Shown here: one piece after another, positions 37,567-45,955 of the stretch
How positions within the stretch are numbered: position 1 is the first letter of the stretch
How the letters are laid out: each line of letters starts with the position of its first letter
NCBI GenBank assembly: GCA_902763905.1
Contig: CACWUA010000005.1
Location: 7,373 to 71,372 of the forward strand
Reading direction: 5' to 3'
DNA: 64,000 nucleotides
Source of the DNA: an uncultured Pseudomonadota bacterium
Lineage (GTDB): Bacteria > Pseudomonadota > Alphaproteobacteria > RF32 > CAG-239
The notes under the pieces: generated by a model
The model's database searches: none
What the model was told of the DNA's origin: nothing
Seen by the model: only the letters and a program-made list of their open reading frames with translations
Program-made: the position numbers and the translations under genes

Positions 37567-39498
37567 ATGAAAAAGTTGCTATGTTTGGCGGTATGCGCGC
37601 TGAGTTTGATTTCTTGCGCAGAAAACCAACAAAAATATTACCAAGAGCAGCAAGCTCAGTATATTCAGCAGTATACCACGGTACCGAGCGGTCCGGCGGC
37701 GGCCTATGCCGAAGACTGGAATTCGGCTATTCGCTATGATGCCGATATGCAGAATATGTATGCAAAATCGCCGACAATTATTGATAAGCCGCTTGATATG
37801 TATATGGTTATGGCATTGGCTCTCAAATACAATTACACCGGCCGCATGATGCGTTATCAGGAAAGTTTGGCTAAGGCCGGACATACCGCTTATTCCGCTT
37901 TGCCGGAAATTGTTTCTAATGCCGGATACGTAAACACCAATTATGCCGATACAAGTCCTGATTTGAAAGTTGCATGGAATATTTTGGATATCTCCACTCT
38001 GTACTTTATGAATTCCGATCCGATGCTTAAACAAAGTGTTGCTTCGGAAGAAAGCCGTAAAGTTATTCAAAACATTTTACAAGAGGCAAGGGTGTTGTAC
38101 TGGAAAGCACTTACGGCTCAAAGACTGTTACCGGTGCTTGATGAAACCATTGAACATATAACTTTGGATGTAGATGAAATGAACGCCAATGCTAAAGAAC
38201 TCGCCGCCGACGGTAAGAATCCGGATACGGCTGAATTGATAAAAAAGCGTAAATATATGGAAGCGGTGCAGAAATTATCGACACTCAAACGTGACATGGA
38301 AACGGCACACGAGCGTCTGGCTTCGTTGATGGGATTGCATCCGCAAACTCAATTCTCTTTGGCCGGTAAAGAATACGGTAACTTCTCATTGCCGGAAATT
38401 AAATCCAACCTCTCGCAATTGGAATGGTTGGCTTTGACTAATCGACCGGAACTTAAGGTTCACGATTTGCTTACTTCCGCTGACGATCTTAATTTGATTA
38501 TCAGTACATTTCGTGATGACAACGGCAGTAACTATATGAGCAATCAAAGCCAGTATAATCAGCAGTGGTGCAGTGCCGCCAAAGAGGTTACAATGTCGGT
38601 TTATGAAGATAGTAGTTCCGGCAGTGTTCATACTATGGAAGATTTACGCCGTCAACGTATGACTTCGTTGGTCTTAAATCAGGTGTATATCGGCTGGGCT
38701 CGTTACAGCTCTGCTATGGAAGATTATCAAATTGCCATGGAAATTGCCGGTACTTCAGAAAATATTGCCGAAGATATTGTGTCGGCCAAGGGCAGTCATG
38801 CTGAAAAAAGTTTGCTGGAAGCTGCCCGTGCTATCGGCGATGAAACCAAGGCTTCACTTGCGTATGTTGATTTTCAGGATGCTTTAGGTTCGCTTTATGC
38901 TACTATCGGCTTAGATGCGCTACCTTATTATATGTTAAACGAATCTCCTTCGCGAATTGCTTTGGCTTTGCGTGAGACTCTTGAAAAATGGAAAGACGGT
39001 GAGTTTGTTCCGGAGAGCCGTCCGTACTTGTTGGATATCCCTACTCACCGTCCGCCGGTAAATCTTACCAATGAAGGAATTTTACCTGATGTAACCTACA
39101 GTACCGGCGAAAGAATCAAAATAGAAGTTCCTGATGAGGCATTTGCAAAGATGGGGTGGGACAGCACCCAGATTCAAAGCAAAGCAGGCTCTATTGACGA
39201 TACTTCGCTGCCAAAATGGCTCAAATATAACGATAGCACTCGTGTGTTTGAAGGTTTGGCTATGCCGGGTAATGAGGGGGTTTATCCGTTGAAGATATAT
39301 GCTATGGATAAGGACAGTAATATAGCGTATCTGACCTTTACACTGACGATTGTGGATACGTATGTTCCATCCATAAATGTCCGCGGCTTAAACAGACAGC
39401 GCAATGCTACTGTTATGAAAAAGTGCAGCGGTGCGCAATGCACGGATAATACTCTTGATGATATTCAGGTATTGATGCCGCGCATGCCTAAACATTAA
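37567..39498 (+). CDS. outer-membrane-factor (TolC/NodT-like) lipoprotein with a C-terminal cadherin-like/putative-Ig domain
   Basis: Lipobox LISC at residues 14-17. OEP-like helical repeats (ALALKYNY..., RLASLMGL). The last ~110 aa carry LPKWLKYNDSTRVFEGLAMPGNEGVYPLKIYAMDKDSNIAYLTFTLTIVD, typical of dystroglycan-type cadherin-like/He_PIG domains. Confidence 0.6.
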   Translation: MKKLLCLAVCALSLISCAENQQKYYQEQQAQYIQQYTTVPSGPAAAYAEDWNSAIRYDADMQNMYAKSPTIIDKPLDMYMVMALALKYNYTGRMMRYQESLAKAGHTAYSALPEIVSNAGYVNTNYADTSPDLKVAWNILDISTLYFMNSDPMLKQSVASEESRKVIQNILQEARVLYWKALTAQRLLPVLDETIEHITLDVDEMNANAKELAADGKNPDTAELIKKRKYMEAVQKLSTLKRDMETAHERLASLMGLHPQTQFSLAGKEYGNFSLPEIKSNLSQLEWLALTNRPELKVHDLLTSADDLNLIISTFRDDNGSNYMSNQSQYNQQWCSAAKEVTMSVYEDSSSGSVHTMEDLRRQRMTSLVLNQVYIGWARYSSAMEDYQIAMEIAGTSENIAEDIVSAKGSHAEKSLLEAARAIGDETKASLAYVDFQDALGSLYATIGLDALPYYMLNESPSRIALALRETLEKWKDGEFVPESRPYLLDIPTHRPPVNLTNEGILPDVTYSTGERIKIEVPDEAFAKMGWDSTQIQSKAGSIDDTSLPKWLKYNDSTRVFEGLAMPGNEGVYPLKIYAMDKDSNIAYLTFTLTIVDTYVPSINVRGLNRQRNATVMKKCSGAQCTDNTLDDIQVLMPRMPKH

Positions 39499-39515
39499 TA
39501 CACAGCAAAACCGAA

Positions 39516-39552
39516 AAGAGCCGATTCTTTTGTTATGAACGGCTCTTTTTTT
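39516..39552 (+). terminator. rho-independent terminator after the OMF-like lipoprotein gene
   Basis: Stem AAGAGCCG/CGGCTCTT followed by T7. Confidence 0.7.
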
Positions 39553-39926
39553 ATATCGTTAAACAGAATCGCACAGAATCGTTTTGTTTAAGAAAAATCA
39601 CATTTCATTTTTAGGTTTCTTACATTATGCACGGTTTTATTAATATTGATTAATATTTTTAAACAACAAAATCATAGTGATACTGGCAACTGATTGTTAT
39701 TACGTGTAAGAAATTGATTTTTTGACTTTTTTATTTGTTAATAACTTTATCCACTTGTGCATAAAATAATATATTTTTTTTTATTACGCAAATATAGGAA
39801 GTTACCATCAAATTTCCCTCTTTGAGCGAAATTTTATAAAAAAAAATTCTTGTTACATAATTTTATTTTTTGCAAAATCGTTTTCATGATGATTGTAGCA
39901 ATATTGCTCTCAAAAAATCCGATTAT

Positions 39927-39973
39927 AACACAATATATTGTTATTTAACTTTTAATTAAACTATATATAGTAG
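39927..39973 (+). promoter_or_regulatory. two tandem NrdR boxes upstream of nrdD
   Basis: ACACAATATATTGTTA (39927-39942, 14/16 to the consensus acaCwAtATaTwGtgt) and AAACTATATATAGTAG (39958-39973, 13/16). The starts are 31 nt apart, which is the usual NrdR-box phasing. Confidence 0.6.
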
Positions 39974-40015
39974 TCTGCGAAAAGTTAAATAACTGACTTA
40001 GGGAGAATAAAAAAA

Positions 40016-42115
40016 ATGGCCGAAGTGTACGAAATGAACACGAATAATATACACACCAACATTAAACACGTTACCAAACGTGACGGAACGCTGGCAGACT
40101 TTGACGGCAGCAAAATTTATAACGCTATTTTGAAAGCAGGCACAACCACCGGCGAGTTCGGCGAAGCTGATGCCTGGCTTTTGACCGCACAGGTTATGAA
40201 AGTTGCCAACTATAAATTTGCCGAATCGGTACCAACTATCGAACAAATTCAAGATATTGTCGAACAGGCACTGATTTCCTCCAACTATACCGCCACCGCC
40301 AAAGCTTATATTTTATATCGTGATCAGCGTACTCGCGCTCGTACCGACCATAAGGTTATGGTTGATGTGGAGAGTTCCATTAACGAATATTTGGAAAAAC
40401 TTGACTGGCGTGTTAATGCCAATGCCAATCAAGGATATTCTAACGGCGGCTTGATTTTGAACGTTTCCGGTAAGGTTACGGCTAACTACTGGCTGAGCCA
40501 CGTTTATCCGGCCGAAGTCGGTGAAGCCCATCGCAACGGCGATATTCACATTCACGATTTGGATATGCTTGCCGCATATTGTGCCGGTTGGTCTTTGAAA
40601 AACTTATTAAAAGAAGGTTTCAACGGTGTTCGCGGCAAAGCTGAGGCCAATCCGCCGAAACACTTGTCGGCCGCAACCGGTCAGATGGTAAACTTTATGG
40701 GTACACTGCAAAACGAATGGGCCGGTGCACAAGCATTTTCTTCGGTTGATACATATCTTGCTCCATACATCAGAAAAGATAACCTTTCGTATGAAGAAGT
40801 CAAACAATGCATTCAAGAATTAATCTACAATTTGAACGTACCGTCTCGTTGGGGTTCACAAACGCCGTTTACCAACTTTACGTTTGACTGGGTATGTCCG
40901 GAAGATTTGCGTGACCAACACCCGTATATCGGCGGCCATATTGCCGGCCACGACGAAAACTTTATGCCGATTATCGAAGGTCAGGAAGAAATGCCGTTCA
41001 CTTACGGTGATTTGCAAAAAGAAATGGATATGATTAACCGCGCCTATATTGAAGTAATGATGGAAGGCGACGTGATGGATCGTCCGTTTACTTTCCCGAT
41101 TCCGACTTATAACATGACTCCGGATTTTCCGTGGGATGACGAAAAATCACAACTGTTGTTTGAAATGACTGCCAAATACGGTATGCCTTATTTCCAAAAC
41201 TTCATCAATTCGGTATTGAAACCGGGGCAGATTCGCTCGATGTGCTGCCGCTTGCAACTCGACTTACGTGAACTTTTGGCACGTGGTAACGGCTTATTCG
41301 GTTCGGCGGAGCAAACAGGTTCCATCGGCGTTGTAACTTTCAACTGCGCACGTTTGGGTTATGTATACAAAGGCAACGAAGCCGGATTATTCGGTCGCGT
41401 AGACGAGCTTTTGAATATTGCCCGCACCTCACTTGAGATTAAGCGCAAAACCATTCAGCGCCTGATTGATAACGGTTTGTATCCGTACACCAAGCGCTAT
41501 TTGGGTACACTGCGCAATCACTTCTCCACCATCGGTGTTAACGGCATCAACGAGATGATTCGCAACTTCACCAACGACGAGCACCATATTGCCGACGAAT
41601 GGGGTAAGGCTTTTGCCGAAAAATTCTTGGATTATATTCGTGCCAAACTGATTAAAATTCAAGAAGAAACCGGCCATATGTATAACCTCGAAGCCACTCC
41701 GGCCGAAAGTGCCACCTATCGTTTTGCGCGTGAAGATAAAAAACGTTTCCCTGGCATCATTCAAGCCGGCACCGAAGAGAATCCGTATTATACCAACTCT
41801 TCGCAGTTACCGGTGGGCTATACCGATGATCCGTTTGAAGCACTTGATTTGCAAGCAACTCTGCAATCCAAATACACCGGCGGCACCGTATTGCACCTCT
41901 ATATGAGCCAAAGAATTTCTTCGGCAAAGGTTTGCGGCGAACTGATTAAAAAGGTTCTGACCAATTACCGCTTGCCGTATATTACCATAACTCCGACTTT
42001 CTCGATTTGTCCGAAACACGGCTATCTGGCCGGCGAGCACAAATTCTGCCCGAAATGCGATGAAGAAAAGAAAGCCGCCAAGATGAAAGCTTTTAAGGCA
42101 AGTAACGTTGCTTAA
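40016..42115 (+). CDS. nrdD: anaerobic ribonucleoside-triphosphate reductase, large polypeptide lacking the glycyl-radical motif
   Basis: RBS GGGAGA. ATP-cone (VTKRDGTLADFDGSKIYNAI), active-site SMCCRLQL, and a C-terminal Zn ribbon ICPKHG...FCPKCD. The ORF stops right after the ribbon, before the expected RV.GY motif. Confidence 0.85.
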   Translation: MAEVYEMNTNNIHTNIKHVTKRDGTLADFDGSKIYNAILKAGTTTGEFGEADAWLLTAQVMKVANYKFAESVPTIEQIQDIVEQALISSNYTATAKAYILYRDQRTRARTDHKVMVDVESSINEYLEKLDWRVNANANQGYSNGGLILNVSGKVTANYWLSHVYPAEVGEAHRNGDIHIHDLDMLAAYCAGWSLKNLLKEGFNGVRGKAEANPPKHLSAATGQMVNFMGTLQNEWAGAQAFSSVDTYLAPYIRKDNLSYEEVKQCIQELIYNLNVPSRWGSQTPFTNFTFDWVCPEDLRDQHPYIGGHIAGHDENFMPIIEGQEEMPFTYGDLQKEMDMINRAYIEVMMEGDVMDRPFTFPIPTYNMTPDFPWDDEKSQLLFEMTAKYGMPYFQNFINSVLKPGQIRSMCCRLQLDLRELLARGNGLFGSAEQTGSIGVVTFNCARLGYVYKGNEAGLFGRVDELLNIARTSLEIKRKTIQRLIDNGLYPYTKRYLGTLRNHFSTIGVNGINEMIRNFTNDEHHIADEWGKAFAEKFLDYIRAKLIKIQEETGHMYNLEATPAESATYRFAREDKKRFPGIIQAGTEENPYYTNSSQLPVGYTDDPFEALDLQATLQSKYTGGTVLHLYMSQRISSAKVCGELIKKVLTNYRLPYITITPTFSICPKHGYLAGEHKFCPKCDEEKKAAKMKAFKASNVA

Positions 42116-42171
42116 AAAAGCGAGAAAAACAGAATAACAAACACTTTAACCAAACACTTAGGAGAATATAA

Positions 42172-42390
42172 ATGACAAACACCATTAATTTTGAAGACAT
42201 TGCTTTAACCGACGCCGAGAGACAACCTTGTGAAATTTGGACTCGTGTGATGGGTTATCACCGTCCGGTTTCCGAATTCAACAAGGGTAAAAAATCGGAA
42301 TACTATTCTCGTAAGTGTTTTGTGGAAGAAAAAGCGGTTATGCACTTGAGTCTGGAAGGCTCTTGCGGTTGCCAAATGGCTGCCGAATAA
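42172..42390 (+). CDS. stand-alone NrdD glycyl-radical domain protein (72 aa)
   Basis: Own RBS TAGGAGA 7 nt before the ATG. EIWTRVMGYHRPVSEFNKGKKSEYYSRKCF matches the NrdD C-terminal glycyl-radical signature (R-V-x-G-Y...N-x-G-K...E...R). Confidence 0.7.
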   Translation: MTNTINFEDIALTDAERQPCEIWTRVMGYHRPVSEFNKGKKSEYYSRKCFVEEKAVMHLSLEGSCGCQMAAE

Positions 42391-42410
42391 TTTCCGTTTC
42401 GGTTTATGAC

Positions 42411-42442
42411 AAAGGGAGGATTGCTATAATTCTCCCTTTTTT
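42411..42442 (+). terminator. hairpin plus T-run between the glycyl-radical gene and nrdG (terminator/attenuator)
   Basis: Stem AAAGGGAG/CTCCCTTT with a 13-nt loop, followed by TTT. nrdG starts 15 nt later. Confidence 0.5.
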
Positions 42443-42456
42443 GAAAGGATAAGCAA

Positions 42457-43164
42457 ATGGAAAAAGATTTAATCAGAATCGGTGATATTGAAAAGTTCAG
42501 CCTTGTAGACTTTCCTTCCAAGATTGCAGCCGTGGTGTTTATGCAGGGCTGTCCGTGGCGTTGTCCGTTTTGCTACAACCAATCGCTGCAGAACCCTACC
42601 GGCGAAACCGATGCCAAATGGGGACATTTGTTACATCTGCTGGAACATCGCAAGGGAATGATTGACGCCGTGGTATTTTCCGGCGGCGAGCCGCTGTTGC
42701 AAAACAATTTGCCGCAAGCCATGGATGAAGTAAAGGCTATGGGATTTGAAATCGGCCTGCACACCGGCGGTTATAATCCGGAAGCGTTTGCCAAGGTTGT
42801 TGATAAAGTAAATTGGGTGGGATTCGATATCAAGGCTCCGCTTAATGCCGAACATTATAAACGCGCCACCGGCGGAGTCGGCGATGTTGCAAAAATCAAG
42901 CAAAGCCTCGTTATGCTGATTAAAAGCGGCAAACACTTTGAATGCCGTACCACTTGTGACCCGCGGCTTTTGGATATTACCGATATTTACACGATTGCCG
43001 ATGAATTGGCGGCATTGGGTGTCAAAGAATATTATATTCAGAAATATCGCCCGATTCCGAGTGATACAACCACGCAGGAAAGTGATTGCGACAAGTTTTT
43101 TAAGGACGAAAAATTGCTCGCTTATCTGCACTCTAAATTTGCAACTTTTGATGCCAGAAAATAA
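42457..43164 (+). CDS. nrdG: anaerobic ribonucleotide reductase activating protein (radical SAM)
   Basis: CPWRCPFCYN CxxxCxxC cluster and GGEPLL motif. Adjacent to nrdD. Confidence 0.85.
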   Translation: MEKDLIRIGDIEKFSLVDFPSKIAAVVFMQGCPWRCPFCYNQSLQNPTGETDAKWGHLLHLLEHRKGMIDAVVFSGGEPLLQNNLPQAMDEVKAMGFEIGLHTGGYNPEAFAKVVDKVNWVGFDIKAPLNAEHYKRATGGVGDVAKIKQSLVMLIKSGKHFECRTTCDPRLLDITDIYTIADELAALGVKEYYIQKYRPIPSDTTTQESDCDKFFKDEKLLAYLHSKFATFDARK

Positions 43165-43169
43165 AATAT

Positions 43170-43721
43170 ATGCCGAGTTTAGCCGAAATATTTGCGATTT
43201 TTTTTAAGATAGGCCTGCTCACTTTTGGCGGCGGCGGTGTGATGATTGCATGGATTCAGGAAGAATTGGTGCACAAAAAGAAATGGCTGAGTGACACCGA
43301 TTTTCTTGATCTGTACGCGATTGCTCAATGCACACCTGGGATTATTGCCATCAACGTTGCCACTATGGTCGGTTATGCCGTGCACAAAAAGGCCGGAGCG
43401 GCAGTTGCCACCGTTGCGGTCATCTTGCCGTCAATTATCGTTATCTCATTGCTGGCCTCAGTGTTGCCGAATATTACGGAAAATGAAATAGTCAAACATG
43501 CTTTCAATGGAATCAGAGCTGCGGTTGTTGCCATCATCACCAATGTTGCGGTCAATATGTTGCTTAACAATGTAAAAGACATGGTTGGTAAAACTATATT
43601 TGCCTTGAGTTTTTTGCTGTTGCTGCTGTTTGCTCTGTCACCGGTTGTTATGGTTATTTTCGGCTGTGTTGCCGGTTTGTCTTCGCAAAAATTGTTTTTC
43701 CGTAAGAGGGAGAAAACATGA
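43170..43721 (+). CDS. chrA: chromate transporter family protein (short ChrA, half 1)
   Basis: FFKIGLLTFGGGGVMIAWIQEELV...AQCTPGIIAIN is typical of the CHR family. Confidence 0.8.
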   Translation: MPSLAEIFAIFFKIGLLTFGGGGVMIAWIQEELVHKKKWLSDTDFLDLYAIAQCTPGIIAINVATMVGYAVHKKAGAAVATVAVILPSIIVISLLASVLPNITENEIVKHAFNGIRAAVVAIITNVAVNMLLNNVKDMVGKTIFALSFLLLLLFALSPVVMVIFGCVAGLSSQKLFFRKREKT

Positions 43722-44236
43722 TATACTGGCGATTGTTTTATGAATTTTTGACCATTGGCTTGGTGGCTATCGGCGGCGGCTTGGTAACCATACCGTTTTT
43801 ATCCGAATTGAGTAATAAATACGGTTGGTATTCTTTAGATGAACTGACCGATATGATTGCCGTTTCGGAAATAACCCCCGGTACCATCGGTATAAATATG
43901 GCAACTTTTGCCGGCTTTAAAACCTGCGGATTCTGGGGCGGAATGATTGCCACCTCAGGTTTAGCCTTACCGGCATTTTTAATTTTGCTGTTTTTCAGCA
44001 AATTCATCTTTAAATACAAAGAAAATCAGCTGTTTCAGAGTGTTTTATTTGGCATACGACCGGCAGCAATTGCCCTGATTTTATATGCAGGATGGGTAAT
44101 TGCCAAATTGTCGCTGACCGAGTGGAAAACACAGCTTTTATCGCTTATTCTTTTGGTTATAAGCTTTATAATAAAAAAATCGCCGATTTTTTATATTATT
44201 GCCGGCGCAATAACAGGAGTGGTTTTCGGTTTATAA
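43718..44236 (+). CDS. chrA: chromate transporter family protein (short ChrA, half 2)
   Basis: FLTIGLVAIGGGLVTIPFL...SEITPGTIGINMA. 4-nt overlap with half 1. Confidence 0.8.
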   Translation: MIYWRLFYEFLTIGLVAIGGGLVTIPFLSELSNKYGWYSLDELTDMIAVSEITPGTIGINMATFAGFKTCGFWGGMIATSGLALPAFLILLFFSKFIFKYKENQLFQSVLFGIRPAAIALILYAGWVIAKLSLTEWKTQLLSLILLVISFIIKKSPIFYIIAGAITGVVFGL

Positions 44237-44354
44237 CAGCACTATTGCGGAGCATTATTAAAATTTAGCAAAGCACTGACTATTTCTGACGGAATCGGAT
44301 CATAACTTAATTTTATTAACAAACTTGTTTCATAAATCTATTTACTAAAATCAC

Positions 44355-44380
44355 ACAAAAAAGCGCCCGGTTAAGGGCGC
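44355..44380 (-). terminator. rho-independent terminator after fadL
   Basis: Stem GCGCCC/GGGCGC with a 6-nt loop, followed on the minus strand by T6. Confidence 0.7.
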
Positions 44381-44401
44381 TTGACTTTAAATTTTACGTA
44401 T

Positions 44402-45697
44402 TTAGAATTTGTATGATAAACCGAAAGCAAATGCCTGAATCGAGTTATGATATTCAGCCTTAACATTATAACCGTCATTACCGGTCAAACTTGTATCTAA
44501 TTGTGCCTTGCGAGCATTAATATAAGTATAAGCCAGATTAAAGCTCAAGTGTTCGTTATACTCATATCCCAAACCGGCAGTTACCCAATAGCGGTCGGTA
44601 TCCGGAATACGCGGAGTGCGATGTTGCAAACGTACCGCACTTTGATCGTAAGCAAAACCCAGACGCAATTTCCATTGTTCATCAAGCTTAATGCTGGTAC
44701 CTATGGCATAAAAGTTAGTATCACGCCAATTTTCATTAACTCTGGCAATATAATCATATCCCGGCTTATTGTTGCCGCTTCTGCTTCTGAAAGTCAAATC
44801 TTTAAACGAGCTCCAAAATACGCGTTGATATTCCGCCATAATCGCCCAACGCTCGTTGATATCGTGATACACGCCCGTAGAAAGCATGGCCGGCGTATCC
44901 AAATCAACCTTAATACTTTGGTTAAGCAAATTATCAATAAATGCCCCCTGACCGGCCGCATACGGATTATCCGATGAAGTAAGTTCACTTCCGGAAGACT
45001 TCATTTTACCTTTGATTTTGTGCTTGATTTCACTGCGATATCCCATGCCGACGCGAGTGTTTTGATTAAACTCATACAACGCACCGAGCTGATAACCTGC
45101 GGCCCAACTATGGCCGTCTTCGGAAACAATACCGGTTCTGCTGGCGGAATGGCTGCTGGTTAAATGCGCCCACAAATATTGGAATTGTACACTGGCTCCG
45201 AGCGATAAACCATCAGTTACTTTATAAGCCGTCATCGGCGTAAAGGTGGCTGTCTTAACATCGGAAGTGATACCGTGGTCACCGCCCACCCAGTCGTGGT
45301 CATATTTTGTAATCATACCGAACGGACTGTTACCGGCAAAACCGATAAACCACTTGTCATTGATTTGGTGTGAAACCGTAAAATTCGGAGCAACTGCCGC
45401 GTGTACCACGTTTTCCACGTCTGCGTCGCGTTCTCCGTTTTGTCCTTGTACTCTCTTGGCAGTGGCTTTCGGGGCGATATAAGTGGCACCCACCGTGAAC
45501 TGCGTACCCTTGTGACGGGTTAATCCGGCCACGTTATAGTATGTGTACGAGTTATCTTCCGCACCGGCCGTTGCACCGGCAAACGCATTACCTTGAGCCG
45601 CAGCAGACTGCTCTCTCAAGTGAAAACCGGCGGCCATGGCATTTGCAGAAAACAAAATTGCGCTCAAAGCCGTCGTTAAAGTCAAAACTTTTTTCAT
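44402..45697 (-). CDS. fadL: outer-membrane long-chain fatty acid/hydrophobic compound transporter (FadL/OMPP1/TodX family)
   Basis: Signal peptide, then AGFHLREQSAAAQGNAFAGATAG. Beta-barrel pattern with a terminal aromatic (SYKF). Confidence 0.8.
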   Translation of the reverse strand: MKKVLTLTTALSAILFSANAMAAGFHLREQSAAAQGNAFAGATAGAEDNSYTYYNVAGLTRHKGTQFTVGATYIAPKATAKRVQGQNGERDADVENVVHAAVAPNFTVSHQINDKWFIGFAGNSPFGMITKYDHDWVGGDHGITSDVKTATFTPMTAYKVTDGLSLGASVQFQYLWAHLTSSHSASRTGIVSEDGHSWAAGYQLGALYEFNQNTRVGMGYRSEIKHKIKGKMKSSGSELTSSDNPYAAGQGAFIDNLLNQSIKVDLDTPAMLSTGVYHDINERWAIMAEYQRVFWSSFKDLTFRSRSGNNKPGYDYIARVNENWRDTNFYAIGTSIKLDEQWKLRLGFAYDQSAVRLQHRTPRIPDTDRYWVTAGLGYEYNEHLSFNLAYTYINARKAQLDTSLTGNDGYNVKAEYHNSIQAFAFGLSYKF

Positions 45698-45955
45698 TAT
45701 AGTCCTATTATCTTGTTGAAACGACGGGAACTTTTTATATAGTTACCCCAAGGAAACCATAAAACATATTTTTTTGATATTGGCAAGATTTTTTTATCTT
45801 TTTATAACAATGGCCGAATAAATAAGCTGTTTTTGCGGCAACCTGTACTTATTTACAGGCGGTGCTTGTTAATTAATGCAGTCTTTTTCTTTACAATGTC
45901 GCTCACTATGGTATAAACATAGTATCTTTGAAGTAACTACGGAAAGGAACTACCC

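Noticed and set aside
39640-39680. Possible FNR box (TTGATTAATATTT) in the nrdD upstream region
   Set aside because: Only the left half-site matches TTGAT-N4-ATCAA. In a region this AT-rich the match is not meaningful.
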